Shown here one piece after another: positions 13,146-24,932 of a DNA stretch of 64,000 nucleotides. The notes below the pieces were generated by a model, which was not told where the DNA came from, did not search any database, and saw only the letters and a list, made by a program, of their open reading frames with translations. Positions within the stretch are counted from its first letter, which is position 1. The number at the start of each line of letters is the position of its first letter. The translations under genes were made by a program, and so were the position numbers. This DNA is from Yuukianura sp. NJ FZ-2021 (taxonomy: Eukaryota), in NCBI GenBank assembly GCA_046563655.1, contig CM102285.1, forward strand, positions 14,322,001-14,386,000. Reading direction: 5' to 3'.

Positions 13146-15070
13146 TTAAAATGCCAAGGAAAGCGGAAATTTTTCATTTTTTTTCGAATTACTTACGCTG
13201 ATATTCAGTTCTTCCGTTAGCACTTCTCTCATAGCTTCCATAACTTTCCTAGTACTATTCTGTGGACCATTGCTGATGCTGGCAGTATTCGTCGCAGCAG
13301 TGAGTCTCTGAACGTTTTCTTCATCCGCTTCCGGTCCAATATGCAAAATGTCGTTTTGTATGATAACCATGTGGGCATTTCCGGTATTGGCCAGTGCTCT
13401 GTCACTCTCTGACGCACTACTGCCCAAGTACACGACAGTTCCACTCGTCGGTACTTTTGACACTGTTAGTTCAGTTCCATGCATTTCAGGAGATTGACTA
13501 ATCAGTGGTCTACTCACTACTTCTGGCTCACTGTTCTCCTTATCAGACAGCATGTTTATCTCCCCCGATGATGAAGAGCGGGATGACGATGTTGACACTG
13601 GGACAGCTGAAGTTAGTATGTTAGGTGATGCTGGATGTGCTGGATGCTGTTCAGTATTGACAGTACTGTCGTCACTACTTTTTGAGCTTGACAACCTGAT
13701 TCCAGGTAAGTCCATTTCAGTACTCGGAGGTGACGAAGGTTTCTTCACAACGTAACTTCCTTTGTCTCGACAAAATGTTAGTTTAAGTTGCTCTTGAATT
13801 ATTCCGCGCCCAGGAGTTCCATGTACTTTCTTGGCTGTTGTGATGATAGATCCCTCTCCACCTCTAGATTCATTGTTAATCGTTTGAACATCAACGTAGT
13901 TCATTTCTACACGCGGTTCCGGATTTTGTTTCAAAATGTGGTCATTTATAGCATGGGCTTTCCAGGCCGACTTAGTTCGATAAGCTGTCTTGCACAGGAC
14001 ACAATGTATTGGCAGTATCGCTGAAGACGTTGCAGCAGGTTCCTCCGAAACGACTTGGCGACGTTTTGAACGTAAATGGGGATGGCGGGATTTTCGCTTT
14101 TTAAGTATTTCACTTGCTGAATTTGAGGAATCTGAGTCTGACTTTTCAGCAGACTGCGTTTCTGGAGCAGGATTAGACGAAACTGGAGACAATTGGGTGG
14201 AAGTTCGCCGTTTTTTGGGTTTTGAGCCTCGTGCCTTTTGATTATTCATGGAGTGCACTTCCTGGACGTGCAAACCAAGGTCAACTGCATTTCCAAATTG
14301 AGCTGGACAGTCTTTGCAGATGACAGGCTTGATATCAGTAGTGTCGTCATGGTTACGACTGTTGAGAGCACGTGGAGATTCTGCATAGAAAGTAGTTTCA
14401 TGGCCGTTTGTGGGAAAAATCTTGGTATCTATTCGAAATCCTTTTTTAGCTCCACCTCCACCAACAGTAGTTGAATTTTGACAGGGCGCTGCTGATTCAA
14501 TTTCATTTGAAGTTTTAAGTAGTGCTGGAATTTCGGTGGCTGAAGAAGGTAGCCTGTCTGGCTCTAGAAAAAGAAAAAGACAGTTTAAATCAATTTTTTA
14601 GTCAAGGTAAGAATACATACACACGAAAGGCTTGCATTTTTTTTCTTTTTAGAAAAATTGAAATGGTATACTTTAGACTTAGACTATTACGATTGGAATG
14701 ATGAATTATCAATGCCTATTGACATCATACTTTCACTTAGCAATGATAATATGGAATACATAAAATTTCAACTTGATGATGAGACATTCCTGACTCTCAG
14801 AAGTATCTTAAATTTTAACTTGAGATACTGCTAAAATTCTCTGGATACCTAAAATTCATTTTTGATGAGACATTGCTAATTCTCAGGAATACCTCAAATT
14901 GATGAGGCACTGCTAATTCTCAGAAATACCTAAATTGATGTGACACTGTTAACTCTCTGAGCAAACTCATCCTCTTCAATCTTCAATTAATCAAACCAAC
15001 TAATTGATTAAAATCTTTCACTAGTTAAGCACTTACTACTCCTTGTTGGTAGACTGGTCATCTGTACCAT
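13146..15070 (-). CDS. Ser-rich protein with two isolated C2H2 zinc fingers and basic NLS-like stretches
   Basis: A short exon 15070-15037 (MVQMTSLPTRS, in-frame stop upstream) is spliced to the open exon 14563-13146. Fingers CKDCPAQFGNAVDLGLHVQEVH and CVLCKTAYRTKSAWKAHAINDH; KPKKRR and KKRKSR stretches. Confidence 0.65.
14775..14962. repeat. Degenerate minisatellite of about 38-43 bp (about 5 units) in an intron
   Basis: Recurring (T)GATGAGACAYTGCTAATTCTCAGRAATACCTAAATT-like units. Confidence 0.7.
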
Positions 15071-18000
15071 TTGGGCAGGTCAGTAGGCCAAACAATAGGA
15101 TTTGCTTCTAGCCTGGAAGTTCCAGGAACAATAGAGACGAATCAAAGCTTTCCTCCACTCCAAACTGAACTGAACTTAATCATTCGTGGACAAAAACAAA
15201 GTCCAAACGGAGTAACATTTCATATTTTCTGTTTCTTTCCAGTAAAGATGTGACTGGAAATAAATAAACGCCTATTATAGTTTTATGATTTTCAGAGATT
15301 CCATTACTAAGAAACCTGTCTGAAATAAGTCTAACCTGTCTGCATGTTGACTTCAGTTGGAGGGAGTTGTACGTGTTTCTGAATCGTGAACTTGGTTTCC
15401 CACCAAAATTACAAGCGGAGATCCTGTTGAGTTGTTTCTACTCCTCTCGTGTCTCTTGAATCCTCCAACGGGATCCTCACGATCTACGACCACCGAGCTG
15501 CAATGACCAAAAGAAAAGTTTAGCAAGAGATCCTATGCCTTTTGACAAGATCCTAGAGTAACATTGAGCATGTACAAAAAATAGAGATATCGGCTGGCTC
15601 CGGCTGCTCACCCTTTGTAGCTACATACAGCAGGATCCCGACTGGTAGGATAACATCAAGTTTTCAGCTATACTTTCCCTTACTTCCGGAATATACCTTT
15701 CCCTCGGGCTCGAATGTTGCAGTTACACCCAGAAGAGTCACACACGTTGACGTAGTTCGATTAATGTACTAAGTATCCGTGTATTCTGTCGTATCTCCCG
15801 GGGATTCAGCCGTTCCTTCACGTTCCAAGTTTGGGTAGTAAATAGCGAAGTATTGTATCCTGCAAAACATGACAAATGAAACAAAGAATGTTAATGTCGC
15901 TGCCTAAACACAACATTCCTTCTCAACTAATTTGCTGTCTACATTCTACACCAATATGAATACGCGATGATGGAATAAGTTGCTGTGATACTTTCCTGTG
16001 GTTAATAGCAGTGACACAACTAATCCACTTACGATTTTATGAAAATGTTTCTAAAATGATGTCAGCGTAGCGTAGGTGTTACCGATAGAATCCATGACAT
16101 AGTTGATCGTAAACAACTATTGCGCAATGCCCGGATCCGGAACAATTATCTAGGTTACTTCACCGTAATGTTGAGTTATCAGCTGACCCGGCTCATGTAT
16201 TAGGATGAGACCTTTACCGCGACTACAGTGGGTTGCGATAGCCCGACCTACTCATCACCGCATTCCAGGAAATTAGATATGGGCGAGTAAACTTATTTCA
16301 AAAATCAGTAAATAAGCTATTATAAAACGATTAACTGAAGGCCACCGTTACGTATTCGTTGAATAACTGGGAAATTGGTTGTAATTAGCAAAAGATAAAT
16401 ACTTAACTATACGCATTAACTTTCATAGATTTCAAGCATTTATGTTTACATTAATCAGCCCGTCATCCGTTCGTCATACCCATAGCTATAGTATATACCA
16501 TATATAGTTTATGGTATATATAATATGTAGAATATATCATATATAGTATCACATATAGCCCCCCCCCCATCTAGCCTCACCCACCCATATTAATTCTTAT
16601 TATAGTAATTCATATTCATATTTATTTACGTTTACTTTGTTTATATTTATATTTATTATTTATTTATTTATTATATATTTTATTATTTATATTTTATTTA
16701 CTCGTCAGCATATTGGTATACTCTATAGCACATACAGTGATATGCTTGGGCGTATATTCGTGTTTTTTGAGTATGAAATGGGTGGGGGCGTGGCTTTATA
16801 ACGGGATTTGAGTGATGTTGACTACGGATGGAGAGATAAAAGGTTTACAAATTGGGATTGTTTGGAATTGAGGACGGTGGCATAGGGAGAACAGCCACCG
16901 TCTGACTCACTCTCTCTGCCTAAATTCCATCTTTCCGCATCCACTTCTCCCTCTGCCACGCTCATTTCCACACTCAACAAAACCACTCAAAGTCATTTCC
17001 ACATCATTTACTTTTGACGTGGAAAGTTTCCAAGGGAAAACTTTCAACTTTCCCCCTTTTTCCCGACTGACCTTTGACCTCTTACCAAAGTCCTCATTCA
17101 ATTATTCATCTAACATCTCAAAGTTTATCGATTTTTAAATTGGTTTATGCTAACAGCGTCCTCACAAGTTTTGCATGATTTATACATTACATGGATACTT
17201 ATTGCCGAACCGAGACTTGCTTTTATCAGATAAATTTTAATGAATTTTTCGAAAAAAAAAATGAAAAACAGCGGGAATCGTCGAACTGGAAAAAAGTTTA
17301 AAAAACGAAATTCAACCTACCTTGTGCTTTTTCTTCCGTATTTGAACATTAATACGGTTTGTTGTCCCAGTAGAGAAATACTACGTGAATTAAATTTTGT
17401 GTCAGGAAATATGCACGAGCGAAAACAACAAAGATTTTATACACTTTTTTGCTAACATGCAATTTTTATGTACCACAACAGAAGCATCTCATTAACATAA
17501 CCTGTTGTTAACGAAATTCCTTGTTTTTATGGCCAAAAATGGAACAAAAAATAGTGAGGTAGTAAAAAAAAGTTACGACGCAAAAACCAAACGCGTAATT
17601 ACGTTGATAAACTTATAGGCGATGTAACCGCAAACCGACATAAAATAGACCACAAACCAAAAAATACTAGCTAAATACCAACAAGTTGCAAGTTTACATA
17701 ACTGATTACTTTTAGTTAATTATTTATGTTAATTAAACTTCCAGCTCCTAAGACTTAACATTGTAAAAAAAATTAATTAAAAATTGTTCCATACATTAAC
17801 AGGTATTCGCGGGACTATTTGCAGTAAACCCTGTGTAGTTTCACATGCTTGACTACATAGTATCTAAAAAATTCTGCTTTTATTTGTGTACTTTTTGCGA
17901 CATTGCAGTACATTTTGTATTAAATTTTAATTAATTTGCTATAATTAACTATAATTAATTAATTACTGTTTTGGGCAAAGGATCGGAATTGATGCCCAGC

Positions 18001-18473
18001 TACGAATCGGGTGAAAGAGGAAAATGCGAGTAGCTGCTTGTGCAACCTCCAGAAATGTATTCACATTTTTTATATTGTTTACTTTGCGTTTTAGTACACA
18101 AAAACAGCGTGTTGTTTTGTGTTTACTTTTTAATTGTTTACATTAAATCAAAGTGGAGTCTCTCCTCCACAAAACCAATTGCTAATTGATTGATGACTTT
18201 ACCGAGTTAAGGTCAAGGGTAAGACTGGAAACGGTTGGAAATCAATTAGTAGTTACTGATTACTTAATTAGTATGTAGCAATTTTGTTCCGAAACTACCT
18301 GGCATTTACCTTAACAGCACGGATTATAAGTGCAAGGATCGTTCAATACTTGGTGGTAAGTCGCTGTATTGATGTGAGTTTCTAATTGAATTTAGTATTT
18401 ATTATGCTTAACTTGATTTACTTTCAGGAATTCTGGAACATAACAACCTAAGCTCCTAAATAGTTGGAGAGTC

Positions 18474-21400
18474 ATGTCGCTACCGGTGAAGATTCGGCGT
18501 ACCACATCTTCCGGTGCCTCGTCCGCTGCTGACACAAAGGACTGGAAGTATCCACATCTCAAATCCAAGCTGAAGCAATTTTTCAAACATGACGACTTTC
18601 GTACAGATCTCCAGCGTAAAGCAGTCGAAGCTGTTGTACAATGTTAGTGAATTTCCGTCAATAACCTTAAAAACTTCTTAGTTAACTTTTGTATTTTTGT
18701 TTTCAGATGAGAAGGATGTCTTTGTGTCAATGCCGACAGGGTACAAGCCTAATTAAACTACAAATCTATGCATTCAATACTTTGTTTTGCAAAACTTAAC
18801 TTTTTTTTTTATAAAACCAGGTCTGGGAAGTCCCTTATCTACCAGTTTCCGGCTGTTCTGAAAGAACGTCAATTTGCCATCGTATTTTCTCCGCTCCTTG
18901 CATTGATTCAGGTCCGCTGAAAATGAAAACAAAACGTACCAGGTTCCACTCGTGTTGTGTTGAAGTTCTCTTTCTCATTTCAGGATCAAATCTATCATTT
19001 GGCTAAGCTCAAAATTGTTGCGGAGACGATCAACTCCAAAATTGGAACAAAGGATCGGAAACGAATACTGTTGGACCTTGCCACCACAAGTCCGGATACG
19101 AAACTTCTGTACATCACACCGGAACAAGCTGCCACTGAATTTTTTCAGGTAACAACGACTTTAGTTGTCGATAAGTTCCAAGGTTAACACTGACACTAGT
19201 CATCGTCGAGTTTTCATGTTTTTAGTCGCACCTTGACAAATACATCTCGGATGGAAAAATCTCGTATTTTGGTAACAAAGATATTCAAAGTTCTTTTATC
19301 TTTACATTTTTTTAGTGATGATAGGTAAAACGTATTTTTTTTAAAATGATGGATGGTTTTTGTTTGCACTAAAGTTGTTGACGAAGCGCATTGTGTCAGT
19401 GAGTGGGGTCATGACTTTCGTCCAGACTACTTAAAACTGGGTCAACTGCGAAGACGTTATGACAGAATACCATGGGTTGCTCTAACGGCTACTGCTAGTA
19501 AAAAGGTTAGCTAATACGACTCGACCACTGTACAAAACTGATAATTGACTATGATAATTTGATAGTTTACTTTATAATTTTGTAGGTCACTGAAGATATT
19601 CATTCGCAACTGGCCCTCAAGAACGTCGTCACGTTCAAAACACCGTGCTTTCGTTCAAATCTTTTCTATGACGTTGTTTTCCGTGACGTTCTGGACGAGC
19701 CTTATTCCCATTTGATGGACTTTTGCATCACTTCGCTTGGACCAGACTGGAGCGACATGAAGCCTGTAAGGTTTTTATTCAACTCCAAAATTTTGACACA
19801 TCCCATGCTCTAGACTTCGAAATTCTGACATTCCTCATTCTCAATTTTCTTTCTTGAATTTAGAACGAACGTGGATCTGGAATCATTTACTGCCGAACGC
19901 GAGAGATGACGATTGATGTTGCAGAGATGTTGCAGAAGAAGGGAATGCTTACAAAGGCATATCATGCTGGTGATTCAAATTGTTCAAGGTCATTAGGATA
20001 GTTAAAGAATTCGTGACCTTGACTTTTTTGGAAACTGTGAAATGACAGGACTTTCGGCTGATGAGAGACAACAAGTTCAAACGGACTGGATGCGAGGAAT
20101 CATACCAGTCATGACGGCAACTATCAGTTTCGGAATGGGTGTGGACAAGGCTTCAGTGAGGTACAGCAAAATAAAAGGATTTCAAAACTCCGAATTTTGA
20201 TTTTAATAAACCAATTTCCAAAAATCTCGAAGCTTTTCATAATTTTGAAAATGTGTTTTTCAGATTTGTTGCTCATTGGGGAATGCCACAAAGTGGGATT
20301 GCTGGGTACTACCAAGAGTCTGGTAGAGCTGGACGGGATGGAAAAATTTCTTACTGTCGAATCTACCACTGGAAACAAGTAACCAAAAAAATGCTTTCAT
20401 TTTTTGAGAAATTTTTGCTGAAACTGAATTGAAAATTCGAAAATTGCTAAATTGTTTGATTTGTTGTTTCTAGGAACGTGATACTTTGGGCTACCTTCTG
20501 AAGCAAGACATCGCTACAAAGAAGAAGAATGATTCACAAGCTAAAGCTATAATGGCCAACTATGAATCCATGGTCTACTTTATCGAGAAATCAACTTGCA
20601 GGCATTCGAATTTTGCCAAGTTTTTTGGCGATGAAAAGTTGGAAAATTGTGGAAAAATGTGTGATGTCTGCGAGAATCCGAAACAGGTAAGACGAAAATC
20701 GGTCAAATTGCACCAGAAATCTGGAATTGGCCAATTGCAATTTTTTTTGTGTTTCAGGTCACGGACAACATTGAGCGATTTCATTACCAGGATTTAGTAC
20801 GAGCACATTGCACAATTTCAAAACTGAATGTGGATGGTGCTGATGAGGATTTGTACGGTGGGGGAAGGAAAGGTCAAAGGGCAGAGGAAGCTGGTTATGC
20901 CGAAGGAGGTCAAAAATTTAAAATTACAATCTTAGTTATGTTTAAGTTTCAAAATTTTGAATTTGTAGATGGTGAGCCTCGGAGTTCTTCGAAGTTGAAA
21001 AACGAGATGAAGTCAATGATCGACAAGCAGTTTGCGATGCGGGGTGGTGGAAATCAGTCGACAGAATTTGCCAAAGCCTCTGCTCTGCTGGAAGCCGAAT
21101 TGGCCAAAAGTGCTCGCGTAAAATGTGCTGACTTGACTTCAAGAAAAATTTCTGGACTGACAATTGCAACTCGTGAGAGTTACTTGACCCACTTTTTAGA
21201 AGATCTTCGGAAAAACTCTAAATCAGTCGACGAAGATTCTTCTGGGAGCAAATTCAAGAGGAGTTTTGACGAGCTTGACTTGCTCGATTGTGCAATTAGT
21301 CTCGAGTATGAAATTTTTTCGAGCAACAAAGTTGTAACGATGTACCGCCGAGCTTGTGCTTTCAAGGTAAACTTTTTTTCATCATCCAAAACTATCGTTT

Positions 21401-22714
21401 CCAAAATTTAACTTTCATTTCACTTTGATAAAGCGCGGATATTTTTATAATTTTTTCTAGTCGGATGCTATCAAAAAAGAAACTGAAACGAAGAAACTGT
21501 CAGTCCATTTGGACCAGTACAATCCAACACCTCGGTTTCAAAAAGCATCAGAACTGAAAATTCCCGCGTCAGCTTCTCAGTCCAGCCCAAGAGATCCATT
21601 TGACGACTCGTTCAATGACAAGTTAATGGAATTCTACAAAGAACATGACCTTGGTCCAAAAGATGACAAAAAACAGGAACCGAAGTCTCAGGTTCTCACC
21701 GAACCGAAAAAGAAAAGAAAAGCACATTCAAAACCGGAATTCGGAGTTCGGCAGCAACGGATTTCCGAATTTTTCAAACCGCCGAAACCAACATGTTCTC
21801 CAGAAGAAACAAAAGGTTCAGACGAAACTTCACCGGAAGAGGGAGAACTAAGAGAGTCAGAAGATGAGGAAGTGATGATTGTTGATAACGAATCGAACCA
21901 ATCACCGAAAAGTCCGTCGATGTTGAAGATTGTCGAAGAAGATCAGGAACCGGATGCAATGGATCTCTTTTACGCATATGCAGAAGCCGCAGCTCCAAGT
22001 CTTCGTGGATCTCGAAAACGGAGAGGAAGCAGAGAACTTGGAAGGTCAAATTCTGTGTCAGAGGTTGATTTGACGTCAACGTCAACCGATGAAGCTGAAA
22101 GAAACGATGTAAAGAGATTTAAAAGTGAAAGTGGAGCGGATTTTCAAAATGTGCGTAGGAGTATGTCCGATTCTGGGAGAACTTCGGAGAGTCCTGAGAA
22201 AAAAGTGGCGAGTGACAGGTCACGTGGAAAGTTGTCGGAAAAAGACAAGTTGAAGCAAGGAAGTCGCGAGGTCAAACCAGTTTCGGGGTCAACGAGGTCA
22301 AAGTCGGGAGAGAAACGAGCACCACCGCCGCCAATGTTAAAGCAAAAACACGACCGTGAAAAAAGCGGTCAGCACGGTCACGGTCACGGTCAGCACACGG
22401 TGGTGGTTCCGGCGGATACGACTGCGGGAGAGGCCAATGAGAAGAGTCAAATGGCCAAACTGATGGTGACTACGCTAATGCCCTACTACAAGCACAAAAC
22501 GATTGGAACAAAGGAACTGTTCAAACAAACTGCGCGGGATTTGACTCACCAAGCCATTGAGAGTGGCCTCAAGTCGAAAGGTATACTTCTTTTGAAGAAT
22601 TTCGTAAAAAGGCTGAAATTTTTTGAAATTTTGAAATTTTTGATTCATAATTTTTTCTGTTTTTTAGACACGAAAGGTGTGGCAAGGTTTGTCGCCAGTA
22701 AATTCACGGACTGA
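18474..22714 (+). CDS. RecQ5: ATP-dependent DNA helicase RecQ5, long isoform with KIX-like and SRI domains
   Basis: Multi-exon. Motifs [99 protein letters not shown]; Zn motif CRH...CGKMCDVC; C-terminal [25 protein letters not shown] (SRI). Confidence 0.95.
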
Positions 22715-23230
22715 GGACTTGAGCCTTGAGATTCTGAGCTCAAAATCAAAATCGTATCTTCGTAAGGTTTAGATTTTTAAGGTTTTTAGATTTCCGAAAA
22801 GTTTTGTTCTAAACTTGATGTTTTTAAAAAAAACTCGTTCCTTCACTTGATTAACTATTAATTGACTAAATATCAATTTATTTACTAGAAACGTTGTAAA
22901 GTTGTGATAGAAAGTGCGTAATACGAGTAAAAGACGATTGTCGTTTTTGACAAAACGGTTGGATTTTGAAAAAAGTTGAAATTTTGAACGTATCGTCATG
23001 GCTACCAACATATTGTTTTCTCTATCCTAAAAAAAACGATGTTTTAACTTAGCCGAAAAAAAAAATTGACAAATAAATGGTAGGATTTCTTTTCGAAAAT
23101 TTACATTTACTTTACATTTTCCGCAACTATGCTTGCGGATTTCTCTTTGGTTTTCATAATTTTAGTTTTGATTAATTGAAGCTAGGATCAATCAGTCTGT
23201 TCACAATGAATTGAAAAAGTTAATTGAACA

Positions 23231-24388
23231 ATGGGTTTTGCTGGGGCACTTTTGTTATTTGGAGTCTGGGTCCTTGGCCAACCAGTTTTTGCTGCATTCG
23301 AAGCTCCTGCCTGTATAACCGCAAAAAACGGATCTCTGGTCAGTTTTTAAAAAATAAATGAAAAATTTTGTCGAAAATTTCTGGAAAAGTTTTTTAAAAT
23401 CATGTTTTAACATTCCTGAACAGGAGATGATAGAAGTGACTGAAGATAGACTCAAGTGGGCTCAAGAAGGGGTCGACGCTCACAACAAACTTCGCAAGAA
23501 ACATGGTTCAAAATAGTTTCAAAATTTAAAAAAAAAATCCGTAAAGTAAATAATCTGAAAATTTGAAGACGTTTGTGGTAAATTTTAGGCGTTCCTCCTC
23601 TGGTGCTCAACCCCGAGGTGGGTTTCTTCAGTTTGAGCAAAGCGACACATCAAATTCTTCACAACTTATTGAGTTACTTTGACTAAATTCGATTACTTTG
23701 ACTAAGAATCGATTACTTTAGTTGTGCAAGAGTGCTCGGTGGATAGCCAATCAGAACGCAGGAACCGGACAATTGTATCATACTCAACAAATCGATTGGG
23801 TTAAGATGGACTGTGGGGAAAATTTGTTCGCGACCGGTGAAGACAAGCTGATGCCAGCCAGTGAAGCTGTAAATGATTGGTACGCCGAAATCAAAGACTA
23901 CGACTATAGTAAACCAGTGTTTGGAATGAACACTGGTCACTTCACACAAGTCGTCTGGAAAGGTAATGTTGTTTCAAAAACTAACAAATTTTGAAAAAAA
24001 AAAGTTTAGAAAAGTTTAAACTTAATTGGAAAATTATTGTTTAGGATCCAAGGAAGTGTGCATGAGCTATGAATACTCAGAAAAGGGAACATATCACTAC
24101 TTTATTGCAGCTCAGTACTATCCCCCAGGTTGGTAACCAAACGTTTTTTTAAGATGTTGTATTTGGAAATGTTGTTCAATTTTGAAAATTGAATTTCCTT
24201 TTTGAATAGGAAACTATAAAGGTGAATTTGGAGAGAACGTATTGGGTTCAGCTAACGACGCAGACGTCAAACCTGGAACGGGTTCAGCTAACGACGCAGA
24301 CGTCAAACCTAGAACGGGTTCAGCTAACGACGTCCACTTCAAACCTGGAATCATTTGCATTTTGATTCTTTGTGTACATGTTTACTAA
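23231..24388 (+). CDS. Secreted CAP-superfamily (SCP/GAPR-1/antigen-5-like) protein with a repeated C-terminal stalk and hydrophobic tail
   Basis: Six exons: signal peptide MGFAGALLLFGVWVLGQPVFA; HNKLRKKHGVPPLVLNPELCKSA; LYH; CGENLF; AVNDWYAEIKDYDY; GHFTQVVWKGS; AAQYYPPGNYKGEFGENV; tail IICILILCVHVY*. Confidence 0.9.
24244..24350 (+). repeat. Coding 36-bp tandem repeat x3 (GSANDADVKPGT)
   Basis: gggttcagctaacgacgcagacgtcaaacct(g/a)gaac occurs twice, followed by a diverged third copy. Confidence 0.9.
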
Positions 24389-24932
24389 AAACCAATTTTC
24401 CAACATTTTTCTAAAAACATAATTTCAATTTACCACAAAGTATTCAAATATTTTTCATGCAATAAAATTCAAGAAAGATGATCCATGTTTAGACGTAAAA
24501 TGATTACGTTTTATGGAACGTTTTTTAACAAAGTTTTTTTTAAAGAAAGTTTTACTTTTTCAAACTTGAGTTTAAAAAAAAGTTAAGTTCCTTCACTTAA
24601 ACTACATTGACTAAATATCAATTTACTTACTAGAAACATTGTAAAGTTGTAAAGTAGTGTGTAAAGTAGTGTATCGGTAAGACTTCAATAATAATTATTT
24701 TTGAAAAAAAGGGTTGGAATTTGATTTTACGCGGAAAATTGAAATTCTGAACTTAGGGCCATGGCTACCAGCATAACTTTTTTCTGTATCGTAAAAAAAA
24801 ACGATTTCTAATAAAACTAAAGCCACCCAAAATCTAAAATTTTCGAAAAATGCCAGCTTTCTTCTTTTTCGAGAAATAAACTTATTTTGACTTTTTGGAT
24901 TGAAATTGACATTTTGTGAAGTTTTTTTCAGA

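Noticed and set aside
19315..19374. GTGATGA in a RecQ5 intron
   Set aside because: No D box before the acceptor.
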